From assembly GCA_053919585.1 (NCBI GenBank), contig CM132814.1: a stretch of 63,730 nt of DNA. The stretch is one strand, 5' to 3'. This stretch comes from Euprymna scolopes (lineage: Eukaryota). The position numbers were made by a program, and so were the translations under genes. Under the pieces are notes generated by a model, which saw only the letters and a list, made by a program, of their open reading frames with translations, did not search any database and was not told the origin of the DNA. Below, one piece after another: positions 26,001 through 41,000 of this stretch. How positions within the stretch are numbered: the first letter of the stretch is position 1; every line of letters begins with the position of its first letter.

Positions 26001-29000
26001 TCTCTCAGGTTCATAACGAAGCATCTCTCAGGTTCATAACGAAGCATCTCTCAGGTTCATAACGAAGCATCCCTCAGGTTCATAACGAAGCATCTCTCAG
26101 GTTCATAACGAAGCATCTCTCAGGTTCATAACGAAGCATCTCTCAGGTTCATAACGAAGCATCCCTCAGGTTCATAACGAAGCATCTCTCAGGTTCATAA
26201 CGAAGCATCTCTCAGGTTCATAACGAAGCATCTCTCAGGTTCATAACGAAGCATGCCTCAGGTTCATAACGAAGCATCTCTCAGGTTCATAACGAAGCAT
26301 CTCTCAGGTTCATAACGAAGCATCTCTCAGGTTCATAACGAAGCATCTCTCAGGTTCATAACGAAGCATCTCTCAGGTTCATAACGAAGCATCTCTCAGG
26401 TTCATAACGAAGCATCCCTCAGGTTCATAACGAAGCATCTCTCAGGTTCATAACGAAGCATCTCTCAGGTTCATAACGAAGCATCCCTCAGGTTCATAAC
26501 GAAGCATCTCTCAGGTTCATAACGAAGCATCTCTCAGGTTCATAACGAAGCATCTCTCAGGTTCATAACGAAGCATGCCTCAGGTTCATAACGAAGCATC
26601 TCTCAGGTTCATAACGAAGCATGCCTCAGGTTCATAACGAAGCATCTCTCAGGTTCATAACGAAGCATCTCTCAGGTTCATAACGAAGCATGCCTCAGGT
26701 TCATAACGAAGCATCTCTCAGGTTCATAACGAAGCATCTCTCAGGTTCATAACGAAGCATCCCTCAGGTTCATAACGAAGCATCCCTCAGGTTCATAACG
26801 AAGCATCTCTCAGGTTCATAACGAAGCATGCCTCAGGTTCATAACGAAGCATCTCTCAGGTTCATAACGAAGCATCTCTCAGGTTCATAACGAAGCATCT
26901 CTCAGGTTCATAACGAAGCATCCCTCAGGTTCATAACGAAGCATCCCTCAGGTTCATAACGAAGCATCTCTCAGGTTCATAACGAAGCATGCCTCAGGTT
27001 CATAACGAAGCATCTCTCAGGTTCATAACGAAGCATCTCTCAGGTTCATAACGAAGCATCCCTCAGGTTCATAACGAAGCATCTCTCAGGTTCATAACGA
27101 AGCATCTCTCAGGTTCATAACGAAGCATCTCTCAGGTTCATAACGAAGCATGCCTCAGGTTCATAACGAAGCATCCCTCAGGTTCATAACGAAGCATCTC
27201 TCAGGTTCATAACGAAGCATCTCTCAGGTTCATAACGAAGCATCCCTCAGGTTCATAACGAAGCATCCCTCAGGTTCATAACGAAGCATCTCTCAGGTTC
27301 ATAACGAAGCATGCCTCAGGTTCATAACGAAGCATCTCTCAGGTTCATAACGAAGCATCTCTCAGGTTCATAACGAAGCATCTCTCAGGTTCATAACGAA
27401 GCATCCCTCAGGTTCATAACGAAGCATCCCTCAGGTTCATAACGAAGCATCTCTCAGGTTCATAACGAAGCATGCCTCAGGTTCATAACGAAGCATGCCT
27501 CAGGTTCATAACGAAGCATCTCTCAGGTTCATAACGAAGCATCTCTCAGGTTCATAACGAAGCATCCCTCAGGTTCATAACGAAGCATCCCTCAGGTTCA
27601 TAACGAAGCATCCCTCAGGTTCATAACGAAGCATGCCTCAGGTTCATAACGAAGCATCTCTCAGGTTCATAACGAAGCATCTCTCAGGTTCATAACGAAG
27701 CATCTCTCAGGTTCATAACGAAGCATCCCTCAGGTTCATAACGAAGCATCTCTCAGGTTCATAACGAAGCATCCCTCAGGTTCATAACGAAGCATCTCTC
27801 AGGTTCATAACGAAGCATGCCTCAGGTTCATAACGAAGCATCTCTCAGGTTCATAACGAAGCATCTCTCAGGTTCATAACGAAGCATCTCTCAGGTTCAT
27901 AACGAAGCATCCCTCAGGTTCATAACGAAGCATCCCTCAGGTTCATAACGAAGCATCTCTCAGGTTCATAACGAAGCATCTCTCAGGTTCATAACGAAGC
28001 ATCTCTCAGGTTCATAACGAAGCATCCCTCAGGTTCATAACGAAGCATCTCTCAGGTTCATAACGAAGCATCTCTCAGGTTCATAACGAAGCATCTCTCA
28101 GGTTCATAACGAAGCATCTCTCAGGTTCATAACGAAGCATCTCTCAGGTTCATAACGAAGCATCCCTCAGGTTCATAACGAAGCATCCCTCAGGTTCATA
28201 ACGAAGCATCCCTCAGGTTCATAACGAAGCATCCCTCAGGTTCATAACGAAGCATCCCTCAGGTTCATAACGAAGCATGCCTCAGGTTCATAACGAAGCA
28301 TGCCTCAGGTTCATAACGAAGCATCCCTCAGGTTCATAACGAAGCATCCCTCAGGTTCATAACGAAGCATCCCTCAGGTTCATAACGAAGCATCCCTCAG
28401 GTTCATAACGAAGCATCCCTCAGGTTCATAACGAAGCATGCCTCAGGTTCATAACGAAGCATGCCTCAGGTTCATAACGAAGCATGCCTCAGGTTCATAA
28501 CGAAGCATCCCTCAGGTTCATAACGAAGCATCCCTCAGGTTCATAACGAAGCATCCCTCAGGTTCATAACGAAGCATCCCTCAGGTTCATAACGAAGCAT
28601 CCCTCAGGTTCATAACGAAGCATCCCTCAGGTTCATAACGAAGCATCCCTCAGGTTCATAACGAAGCATCCCTCAGGTTCATAACGAAGCATGCCTCAGG
28701 TTCATAACGAAGCATCCCTCAGGTTCATAACGAAGCATCCCTCAGGTTCATAACGAAGCATGCCTCAGGTTCATAACGAAGCATGCCTCAGGTTCATAAC
28801 GAAGCATCCCTCAGGTTCATAACGAAGCATCCCTCAGGTTCATAACGAAGCATCCCTCAGGTTCATAACGAAGCATGCCTCAGGTTCATAACGAAGCATG
28901 CCTCAGGTTCATAACGAAGCATCCCTCAGGTTCATAACGAAGCATGCCTCAGGTTCATAACGAAGCATGCCTCAGGTTCATAACGAAGCATGCCTCAGGT

Positions 29001-32000
29001 TCATAACGAAGCATGCCTCAGGTTCATAACGAAGCATCCCTCAGGTTCATAACGAAGCATCCCTCAGGTTCATAACGAAGCATGCCTCAGGTTCATAACG
29101 AAGCATGCCTCAGGTTCATAACGAAGCATCTCTCAGGTTCATAACGAAGCATGCCTCAGGTTCATAACGAAGCATCCCTCAGGTTCATAACGAAGCATGC
29201 CTCAGGTTCATAACGAAGCATGCCTCAGGTTCATAACGAAGCATGCCTCAGGTTCATAACGAAGCATGCCTCAGGTTCATAACGAAGCATCTCTCAGGTT
29301 CATAACGAAGCATCCCTCAGGTTCATAACGAAGCATGCCTCAGGTTCATAACGAAGCATCCCTCAGGTTCATAACGAAGCATCTCTCAGGTTCATAACGA
29401 AGCATGCCTCAGGTTCATAACGAAGCATGCCTCAGGTTCATAACGAAGCATGCCTCAGGTTCATAACGAAGCATGCCTCAGGTTCATAACGAAGCATCTC
29501 TCAGGTTCATAACGAAGCATCCCTCAGGTTCATAACGAAGCATGCCTCAGGTTCATAACGAAGCATGCCTCAGGTTCATAACGAAGCATCTCTCAGGTTC
29601 ATAACGAAGCATGCCTCAGGTTCATAACGAAGCATGCCTCAGGTTCATAACGAAGCATGCCTCAGGTTCATAACGAAGCATGCCTCAGGTTCATAACGAA
29701 GCATCTCTCAGGTTCATAACGAAGCATCCCTCAGGTTCATAACGAAGCATGCCTCAGGTTCATAACGAAGCATGCCTCAGGTTCATAACGAAGCATCTCT
29801 CAGGTTCATAACGAAGCATGCCTCAGGTTCATAACGAAGCATCTCTCAGGTTCATAACGAAGCATGCCTCAGGTTCATAACGAAGCATGCCTCAGGTTCA
29901 TAACGAAGCATCTCTCAGGTTCATAACGAAGCATGCCTCAGGTTCATAACGAAGCATCCCTCAGGTTCATAACGAAGCATCCCTCAGGTTCATAACGAAG
30001 CATCCCTCAGGTTCATAACGAAGCATGCCTCAGGTTCATAACGAAGCATCTCTCAGGTTCATAACGAAGCATCCCTCAGGTTCATAACGAAGCATCTCTC
30101 AGGTTCATAACGAAGCATGCCTCAGGTTCATAACGAAGCATGCCTCAGGTTCATAACGAAGCATCCCTCAGGTTCATAACGAAGCATGCCTCAGGTTCAT
30201 AACGAAGCATGCCTCAGGTTCATAACGAAGCATGCCTCAGGTTCATAACGAAGCATCCCTCAGGTTCATAACGAAGCATCCCTCAGGTTCATAACGAAGC
30301 ATCTCTCAGGTTCATAACGAAGCATGCCTCAGGTTCATAACGAAGCATCTCTCAGGTTCATAACGAAGCATCCCTCAGGTTCATAACGAAGCATCTCTCA
30401 GGTTCATAACGAAGCATGCCTCAGGTTCATAACGAAGCATGCCTCAGGTTCATAACGAAGCATGCCTCAGGTTCATAACGAAGCATGCCTCAGGTTCATA
30501 ACGAAGCATCCCTCAGGTTCATAACGAAGCATGCCTCAGGTTCATAACGAAGCATGCTTCAGGTTCATAACGAAGCATCTCTCAGGTTCATAACGAAGCA
30601 TGCCTCAGGTTCATAACGAAGCATCTCTCAGGTTCATAACGAAGCATGCCTCAGGTTCATAACGAAGCATGCCTCAGGTTCATAACGAAGCATCCCTCAG
30701 GTTCATAACGAAGCATCTCTCAGGTTCATAACGAAGCATGCCTCAGGTTCATAACGAAGCATCTCTCAGGTTCATAACGAAGCATCCCTCAGGTTCATAA
30801 CGAAGCATGCCTCAGGTTCATAACGAAGCATCTCTCAGGTTCATAACGAAGCATCCCTCAGGTTCATAACGAAGCATCCCTCAGGTTCATAACGAAGCAT
30901 CTCTCAGGTTCATAACGAAGCATCCCTCAGGTTCATAACGAAGCATCCCTCAGGTTCATAACGAAGCATCCCTCAGGTTCATAACGAAGCATGCCTCAGG
31001 TTCATAACGAAGCATCTCTCAGGTTCATAACGAAGCATCCCTCAGGTTCATAACGAAGCATCTCTCAGGTTCATAACGAAGCATCCCTCAGGTTCATAAC
31101 GAAGCATGCCTCAGGTTCATAACGAAGCATCCCTCAGGTTCATAACGAAGCATCTCTCAGGTTCATAACGAAGCATGCCTCAGGTTCATAACGAAGCATG
31201 CCTCAGGTTCATAACGAAGCATGCCTCAGGTTCATAACGAAGCATGCCTCAGGTTCATAACGAAGCATCTCTCAGGTTCATAACGAAGCATCCCTCAGGT
31301 TCATAACGAAGCATGCCTCAGGTTCATAACGAAGCATGCCTCAGGTTCATAACGAAGCATCTCTCAGGTTCATAACGAAGCATGCCTCAGGTTCATAACG
31401 AAGCATGCCTCAGGTTCATAACGAAGCATGCCTCAGGTTCATAACGAAGCATGCCTCAGGTTCATAACGAAGCATCTCTCAGGTTCATAACGAAGCATCC
31501 CTCAGGTTCATAACGAAGCATGCCTCAGGTTCATAACGAAGCATGCCTCAGGTTCATAACGAAGCATCTCTCAGGTTCATAACGAAGCATGCCTCAGGTT
31601 CATAACGAAGCATCTCTCAGGTTCATAACGAAGCATGCCTCAGGTTCATAACGAAGCATGCCTCAGGTTCATAACGAAGCATCTCTCAGGTTCATAACGA
31701 AGCATGCCTCAGGTTCATAACGAAGCATCCCTCAGGTTCATAACGAAGCATCCCTCAGGTTCATAACGAAGCATCCCTCAGGTTCATAACGAAGCATGCC
31801 TCAGGTTCATAACGAAGCATCTCTCAGGTTCATAACGAAGCATCCCTCAGGTTCATAACGAAGCATCTCTCAGGTTCATAACGAAGCATGCCTCAGGTTC
31901 ATAACGAAGCATGCCTCAGGTTCATAACGAAGCATCCCTCAGGTTCATAACGAAGCATGCCTCAGGTTCATAACGAAGCATGCCTCAGGTTCATAACGAA

Positions 32001-35000
32001 GCATGCCTCAGGTTCATAACGAAGCATCCCTCAGGTTCATAACGAAGCATGCCTCAGGTTCATAACGAAGCATCTCTCAGGTTCATAACGAAGCATGCCT
32101 CAGGTTCATAACGAAGCATCTCTCAGGTTCATAACGAAGCATCCCTCAGGTTCATAACGAAGCATCTCTCAGGTTCATAACGAAGCATGCCTCAGGTTCA
32201 TAACGAAGCATGCCTCAGGTTCATAACGAAGCATGCCTCAGGTTCATAACGAAGCATGCCTCAGGTTCATAACGAAGCATCCCTCAGGTTCATAACGAAG
32301 CATGCCTCAGGTTCATAACGAAGCATGCCTCAGGTTCATAACGAAGCATCTCTCAGGTTCATAACGAAGCATGCCTCAGGTTCATAACGAAGCATCTCTC
32401 AGGTTCATAACGAAGCATGCCTCAGGTTCATAACGAAGCATGCCTCAGGTTCATAACGAAGCATCCCTCAGGTTCATAACGAAGCATCTCTCAGGTTCAT
32501 AACGAAGCATGCCTCAGGTTCATAACGAAGCATCTCTCAGGTTCATAACGAAGCATCCCTCAGGTTCATAACGAAGCATGCCTCAGGTTCATAACGAAGC
32601 ATCTCTCAGGTTCATAACGAAGCATCCCTCAGGTTCATAACGAAGCATCCCTCAGGTTCATAACGAAGCATCTCTCAGGTTCATAACGAAGCATCCCTCA
32701 GGTTCATAACGAAGCATCCCTCAGGTTCATAACGAAGCATCCCTCAGGTTCATAACGAAGCATGCCTCAGGTTCATAACGAAGCATCTCTCAGGTTCATA
32801 ACGAAGCATCCCTCAGGTTCATAACGAAGCATCCCTCAGGTTCATAACGAAGCATCCCTCAGGTTCATAACGAAGCATCCCTCAGGTTCATAACGAAGCA
32901 TGCCTCAGGTTCATAACGAAGCATCTCTCAGGTTCATAACGAAGCATCCCTCAGGTTCATAACGAAGCATCCCTCAGGTTCATAACGAAGCATCTCTCAG
33001 GTTCATAACGAAGCATCCCTCAGGTTCATAACGAAGCATGCCTCAGGTTCATAACGAAGCATCCCTCAGGTTCATAACGAAGCATGCCTCAGGTTCATAA
33101 CGAAGCATCCCTCAGGTTCATAACGAAGCATCCCTCAGGTTCATAACGAAGCATGCCTCAGGTTCATAACGAAGCATCTCTCAGGTTCATAACGAAGCAT
33201 CCCTCAGGTTCATAACGAAGCATCCCTCAGGTTCATAACGAAGCATCTCTCAGGTTCATAACGAAGCATCCCTCAGGTTCATAACGAAGCATCCCTCAGG
33301 TTCATAACGAAGCATGCCTCAGGTTCATAACGAAGCATCTCTCAGGTTCATAACGAAGCATCCCTCAGGTTCATAACGAAGCATCCCTCAGGTTCATAAC
33401 GAAGCATCTCTCAGGTTCATAACGAAGCATCCCTCAGGTTCATAACGAAGCATGCCTCAGGTTCATAACGAAGCATCCCTCAGGTTCATAACGAAGCATG
33501 CCTCAGGTTCATAACGAAGCATCCCTCAGGTTCATAACGAAGCATCCCTCAGGTTCATAACGAAGCATGCCTCAGGTTCATAACGAAGCATCTCTCAGGT
33601 TCATAACGAAGCATCCCTCAGGTTCATAACGAAGCATCCCTCAGGTTCATAACGAAGCATCCCTCAGGTTCATAACGAAGCATCCCTCAGGTTCATAACG
33701 AAGCATCCCTCAGGTTCATAACGAAGCATGCCTCAGGTTCATAACGAAGCATCTCTCAGGTTCATAACGAAGCATCCCTCAGGTTCATAACGAAGCATCT
33801 CTCAGGTTCATAACGAAGCATCCCTCAGGTTCATAACGAAGCATCCCTCAGGTTCATAACGAAGCATCTCTCAGGTTCATAACGAAGCATCCCTCAGGTT
33901 CATAACGAAGCATCCCTCAGGTTCATAACGAAGCATCCCTCAGGTTCATAACGAAGCATCTCTCAGGTTCATAACGAAGCATCCCTCAGGTTCATAACGA
34001 AGCATGCCTCAGGTTCATAACGAAGCATCTCTCAGGTTCATAACGAAGCATCCCTCAGGTTCATAACGAAGCATCTCTCAGGTTCATAACGAAGCATCCC
34101 TCAGGTTCATAACGAAGCATCCCTCAGGTTCATAACGAAGCATCCCTCAGGTTCATAACGAAGCATCCCTCAGGTTCATAACGAAGCATCCCTCAGGTTC
34201 ATAACGAAGCATGCCTCAGGTTCATAACGAAGCATCTCTCAGGTTCATAACGAAGCATCCCTCAGGTTCATAACGAAGCATCTCTCAGGTTCATAACGAA
34301 GCATCCCTCAGGTTCATAACGAAGCATCCCTCAGGTTCATAACGAAGCATCTCTCAGGTTCATAACGAAGCATCCCTCAGGTTCATAACGAAGCATCCCT
34401 CAGGTTCATAACGAAGCATCCCTCAGGTTCATAACGAAGCATGCCTCAGGTTCATAACGAAGCATCTCTCAGGTTCATAACGAAGCATCCCTCAGGTTCA
34501 TAACGAAGCATCCCTCAGGTTCATAACGAAGCATCCCTCAGGTTCATAACGAAGCATCCCTCAGGTTCATAACGAAGCATGCCTCAGGTTCATAACGAAG
34601 CATCTCTCAGGTTCATAACGAAGCATCCCTCAGGTTCATAACGAAGCATCCCTCAGGTTCATAACGAAGCATCTCTCAGGTTCATAACGAAGCATCCCTC
34701 AGGTTCATAACGAAGCATGCCTCAGGTTCATAACGAAGCATCCCTCAGGTTCATAACGAAGCATGCCTCAGGTTCATAACGAAGCATCTCTCAGGTTCAT
34801 AACGAAGCATCCCTCAGGTTCATAACGAAGCATCCCTCAGGTTCATAACGAAGCATGCCTCAGGTTCATAACGAAGCATGCCTCAGGTTCATAACAAAGC
34901 ATCTCTCAGGTTCATAACGAAGCATCCCTCAGGTTCATAACGAAGCATCCCTCAGGTTCATAACGAAGCATGCCTCAGGTTCATAACGAAGCATCCCTCA

Positions 35001-38000
35001 GGTTCATAACGAAGCATCCCTCAGGTTCATAACGAAGCATCTCTCAGGTTCATAACGAAGCATCTCTCAGGTTCATAACGAAGCATCCCTCAGGTTCATA
35101 ACGAAGCATCCCTCAGGTTCATAACGAAGCATCCCTCAGGTTCATAACGAAGCATCTCTCAGGTTCATAACGAAGCATCTCTCAGGTTCATAACGAAGCA
35201 TCCCTCAGGTTCATAACGAAGCATCCCTCAGGTTCATAACGAAGCATGCCTCAGGTTCATAACGAAGCATGCCTCAGGTTCATAACGAAGCATCTCTCAG
35301 GTTCATAACGAAGCATCCCTCAGGTTCATAACGAAGCATCCCTCAGGTTCATAACGAAGCATCCCTCAGGTTCATAACGAAGCATCCCTCAGGTTCATAA
35401 CGAAGCATCCCTCAGGTTCATAACGAAGCATGCCTCAGGTTCATAACGAAGCATCTCTCAGGTTCATAACGAAGCATCCCTCAGGTTCATAACGAAGCAT
35501 CCCTCAGGTTCATAACGAAGCATCTCTCAGGTTCATAACGAAGCATCCCTCAGGTTCATAACGAAGCATGCCTCAGGTTCATAACGAAGCATCCCTCAGG
35601 TTCATAACGAAGCATCCCTCAGGTTCATAACGAAGCATGCCTCAGGTTCATAACGAAGCATCTCTCAGGTTCATAACGAAGCATCTCTCAGGTTCATAAC
35701 GAAGCATCCCTCAGGTTCATAACGAAGCATCTCTCAGGTTCATAACGAAGCATCCCTCAGGTTCATAACGAAGCATCTCTCAGGTTCATAACGAAGCATC
35801 CCTCAGGTTCATAACGAAGCATCTCTCAGGTTCATAACGAAGCATCCCTCAGGTTCATAACGAAGCATCTCTCAGGTTCATAACGAAGCATCCCTCAGGT
35901 TCATAACGAAGCATCTCTCAGGTTCATAACGAAGCATCTCTCAGGTTCATAACGAAGCATCCCTCAGGTTCATAACGAAGCATCCCTCAGGTTCATAACG
36001 AAGCATGCCTCAGGTTCATAACGAAGCATGCCTCAGGTTCATAACGAAGCATCTCTCAGGTTCATAACGAAGCATCCCTCAGGTTCATAACGAAGCATCC
36101 CTCAGGTTCATAACGAAGCATCCCTCAGGTTCATAACGAAGCATCCCTCAGGTTCATAACGAAGCATCCCTCAGGTTCATAACGAAGCATGCCTCAGGTT
36201 CATAACGAAGCATCTCTCAGGTTCATAACGAAGCATCCCTCAGGTTCATAACGAAGCATCCCTCAGGTTCATAACGAAGCATCTCTCAGGTTCATAACGA
36301 AGCATCCCTCAGGTTCATAACGAAGCATGCCTCAGGTTCATAACGAAGCATCCCTCAGGTTCATAACGAAGCATCCCTCAGGTTCATAACGAAGCATGCC
36401 TCAGGTTCATAACGAAGCATCTCTCAGGTTCATAACGAAGCATCTCTCAGGTTCATAACGAAGCATCCCTCAGGTTCATAACGAAGCATCTCTCAGGTTC
36501 ATAACGAAGCATCCCTCAGGTTCATAACGAAGCATCTCTCAGGTTCATAACGAAGCATCCCTCAGGTTCATAACGAAGCATCTCTCAGGTTCATAACGAA
36601 GCATCCCTCAGGTTCATAACGAAGCATCTCTCAGGTTCATAACGAAGCATCCCTCAGGTTCATAACGAAGCATCTCTCAGGTTCATAACGAAGCATCCCT
36701 CAGGTTCATAACGAAGCATCCCTCAGGTTCATAACGAAGCATCCCTCAGGTTCATAACGAAGCATCCCTCAGGTTCATAACGAAGCATCCCTCAGGTTCA
36801 TAACGAAGCATGCCTCAGGTTCATAACGAAGCATCCCTCAGGTTCATAACGAAGCATCTCTCAGGTTCATAACGAAGCATCCCTCAGGTTCATAACGAAG
36901 CATGCCTCAGGTTCATAACGAAGCATCCCTCAGGTTCATAACGAAGCATGCCTCAGGTTCATAACGAAGCATCCCTCAGGTTCATAACGAAGCATCTCTC
37001 AGGTTCATAACGAAGCATCCCTCAGGTTCATAACGAAGCATCTCTCAGGTTCATAACGAAGCATCCCTCAGGTTCATAACGAAGCATCCCTCAGGTTCAT
37101 AACGAAGCATCCCTCAGGTTCATAACGAAGCATCTCTCAGGTTCATAACGAAGCATCCCTCAGGTTCATAACGAAGCATCCCTCAGGTTCATAACGAAGC
37201 ATCCCTCAGGTTCATAACGAAGCATGCCTCAGGTTCATAACGAAGCATCCCTCAGGTTCATAACGAAGCATGCCTCAGGTTCATAACGAAGCATCTCTCA
37301 GGTTCATAACGAAGCATCCCTCAGGTTCATAACGAAGCATCCCTCAGGTTCATAACGAAGCATCCCTCAGGTTCATAACGAAGCATGCCTCAGGTTCATA
37401 ACGAAGCATCCCTCAGGTTCATAACGAAGCATGCCTCAGGTTCATAACGAAGCATCTCTCAGGTTCATAACGAAGCATCCCTCAGGTTCATAACGAAGCA
37501 TGCCTCAGGTTCATAACGAAGCATCTCTCAGGTTCATAACGAAGCATCCCTCAGGTTCATAACGAAGCATCTCTCAGGTTCATAACGAAGCATCCCTCAG
37601 GTTCATAACGAAGCATCCCTCAGGTTCATAACGAAGCATCCCTCAGGTTCATAACGAAGCATCCCTCAGGTTCATAACGAAGCATCCCTCAGGTTCATAA
37701 CGAAGCATCCCTCAGGTTCATAACGAAGCATCCCTCAGGTTCATAATGAAGCATCCCTCAGGTTCATAATGAAGCATCCCTCAGGTTCATAACGAAGCAT
37801 CCCTCAGGTTCATAACGAAGCATCTCTCAGGTTCATAACGAAGCATCCCTCAGGTTCATAACGAAGCATCCCTCAGGTTCATAATGAAGCATCCCTCAGG
37901 TTCATAACGAAGCATCCCTCAGGTTCATAATGAAGCATCCCTCAGGTTCATAATGAAGCATCCCTCAGGTTCATAACGAAGCATGCCTCAGGTTCATAAC

Positions 38001-41000
38001 GAAGCATCTCTCAGGTTCATAACGAAGCATCCCTCAGGTTCATAACGAAGCATCCCTCAGGTTCATAACGAAGCATGCCTCAGGTTCATAACGAAGCATC
38101 CCTCAGGTTCATAACGAAGCATCTCTCAGGTTCATAACGAAGCATCCCTCAGGTTCATAACGAAGCATGCCTCAGGTTCATAACGAAGCATCCCTCAGGT
38201 TCATAACGAAGCATGCCTCAGGTTCATAACGAAGCATGCCTCAGGTTCATCACGAAGCATCCCTCAGGTTCATAACGAAGCATCCCTCAGGTTCATAACG
38301 AAGCATCCCTCAGGTTCATAACGAAGCATCCCTCAGGTTCATAACGAAGCATGCCTCAGGTTCATCACGAAGCATCCCTCAGGTTCATAACGAAGCATCC
38401 CTCAGGTTCATAACGAAGCATGCCTCAGGTTCATAACGAAGCATCCCTCAGGTTCATAACGAAGCATGCCTCAGGTTCATAACGAAGCATCCCTCAGGTT
38501 CATAACGAAGCATCCCTCAGGTTCATAACGAAGCATCCCTCAGGTTCATAACGAAGCATGCCTCAGGTTCATAACGAAGCATGCCTCAGGTTCATCACGA
38601 AGCATCCCTCAGGTTCATAACGAAGCATGCCTCAGGTTCATAACGAAGCATCCCTCAGGTTCATCACGAAGCATCCCTCAGGTTCATAACGAAGCATCCC
38701 TCAGGTTCATAACGAAGCATCCCTCAGGTTCATAACGAAGCATCCCTCAGGTTCATAACGAAGCATCCCTCAGGTTCATAACGAAGCATGCCTCAGGTTC
38801 ATAACGAAGCATCTCTCAGGTTCATAACGAAGCATCCCTCAGGTTCATAACGAAGCATGCCTCAGGTTCATAACGAAGCATCCCTCAGGTTCATAACGAA
38901 GCATGCCTCAGGTTCATAACGAAGCATCCCTCAGGTTCATAACGAAGCATCCCTCAGGTTCATAACGAAGCATCCCTCAGGTTCATAACGAAGCATGCCT
39001 CAGGTTCATAACGAAGCATCTCTCAGGTTCATAACGAAGCATCCCTCAGGTTCATAACGAAGCATCTCTCAGGTTCATAACGAAGCATCCCTCAGGTTCA
39101 TAACGAAGCATCTCTCAGGTTCATAACGAAGCATCCCTCAGGTTCATAACGAAGCATCCCTCAGGTTCATAACGAAGCATCCCTCAGGTTCATAACGAAG
39201 CATCCCTCAGGTTCATAACGAAGCATCCCTCAGGTTCATAACGAAGCATGCCTCAGGTTCATAACGAAGCATCCCTCAGGTTCATAACGAAGCATCTCTC
39301 AGGTTCATAACGAAGCATCCCTCAGGTTCATAACGAAGCATGCCTCAGGTTCATAACGAAGCATCCCTCAGGTTCATAACGAAGCATGCCTCAGGTTCAT
39401 AACGAAGCATCCCTCAGGTTCATAACGAAGCATCTCTCAGGTTCATAACGAAGCATCCCTCAGGTTCATAACGAAGCATCTCTCAGGTTCATAACGAAGC
39501 ATCCCTCAGGTTCATAACGAAGCATCCCTCAGGTTCATAACGAAGCATCCCTCAGGTTCATAACGAAGCATCTCTCAGGTTCATAACGAAGCATCCCTCA
39601 GGTTCATAACGAAGCATCCCTCAGGTTCATAACGAAGCATCCCTCAGGTTCATAACGAAGCATGCCTCAGGTTCATAACGAAGCATCCCTCAGGTTCATA
39701 ACGAAGCATCTCTCAGGTTCATAACGAAGCATCCCTCAGGTTCATAACGAAGCATCTCTCAGGTTCATAACGAAGCATCCCTCAGGTTCATAACGAAGCA
39801 TCCCTCAGGTTCATAACGAAGCATCCCTCAGGTTCATAACGAAGCATCCCTCAGGTTCATAACGAAGCATGCCTCAGGTTCATAACGAAGCATCTCTCAG
39901 GTTCATAACGAAGCATCCCTCAGGTTCATAACGAAGCATCCCTCAGGTTCATAACGAAGCATCCCTCAGGTTCATAACGAAGCATGCCTCAGGTTCATAA
40001 CGAAGCATCCCTCAGGTTCATAACGAAGCATGCCTCAGGTTCATAACGAAGCATCTCTCAGGTTCATAACGAAGCATCCCTCAGGTTCATAACGAAGCAT
40101 GCCTCAGGTTCATAACGAAGCATCCCTCAGGTTCATAACGAAGCATGCCTCAGGTTCATAACGAAGCATGCCTCAGGTTCATCACGAAGCATCCCTCAGG
40201 TTCATAACGAAGCATCCCTCAGGTTCATAACGAAGCATCCCTCAGGTTCATAACGAAGCATCCCTCAGGTTCATAACGAAGCATGCCTCAGGTTCATCAC
40301 GAAGCATCCCTCAGGTTCATAACGAAGCATCCCTCAGGTTCATAACGAAGCATGCCTCAGGTTCATAACGAAGCATCCCTCAGGTTCATAACGAAGCATG
40401 CCTCAGGTTCATAACGAAGCATCCCTCAGGTTCATAACGAAGCATCCCTCAGGTTCATAACGAAGCATCCCTCAGGTTCATAACGAAGCATGCCTCAGGT
40501 TCATAACGAAGCATGCCTCAGGTTCATCACGAAGCATCCCTCAGGTTCATAACGAAGCATGCCTCAGGTTCATAACGAAGCATCCCTCAGGTTCATCACG
40601 AAGCATCCCTCAGGTTCATAACGAAGCATCCCTCAGGTTCATAACGAAGCATCCCTCAGGTTCATAACGAAGCATCCCTCAGGTTCATAACGAAGCATCC
40701 CTCAGGTTCATAACGAAGCATGCCTCAGGTTCATAACGAAGCATCTCTCAGGTTCATAACGAAGCATCCCTCAGGTTCATAACGAAGCATGCCTCAGGTT
40801 CATAACGAAGCATCCCTCAGGTTCATAACGAAGCATGCCTCAGGTTCATAACGAAGCATCCCTCAGGTTCATAACGAAGCATCCCTCAGGTTCATAACGA
40901 AGCATCCCTCAGGTTCATAACGAAGCATGCCTCAGGTTCATAACGAAGCATCTCTCAGGTTCATAACGAAGCATCCCTCAGGTTCATAACGAAGCATCTC

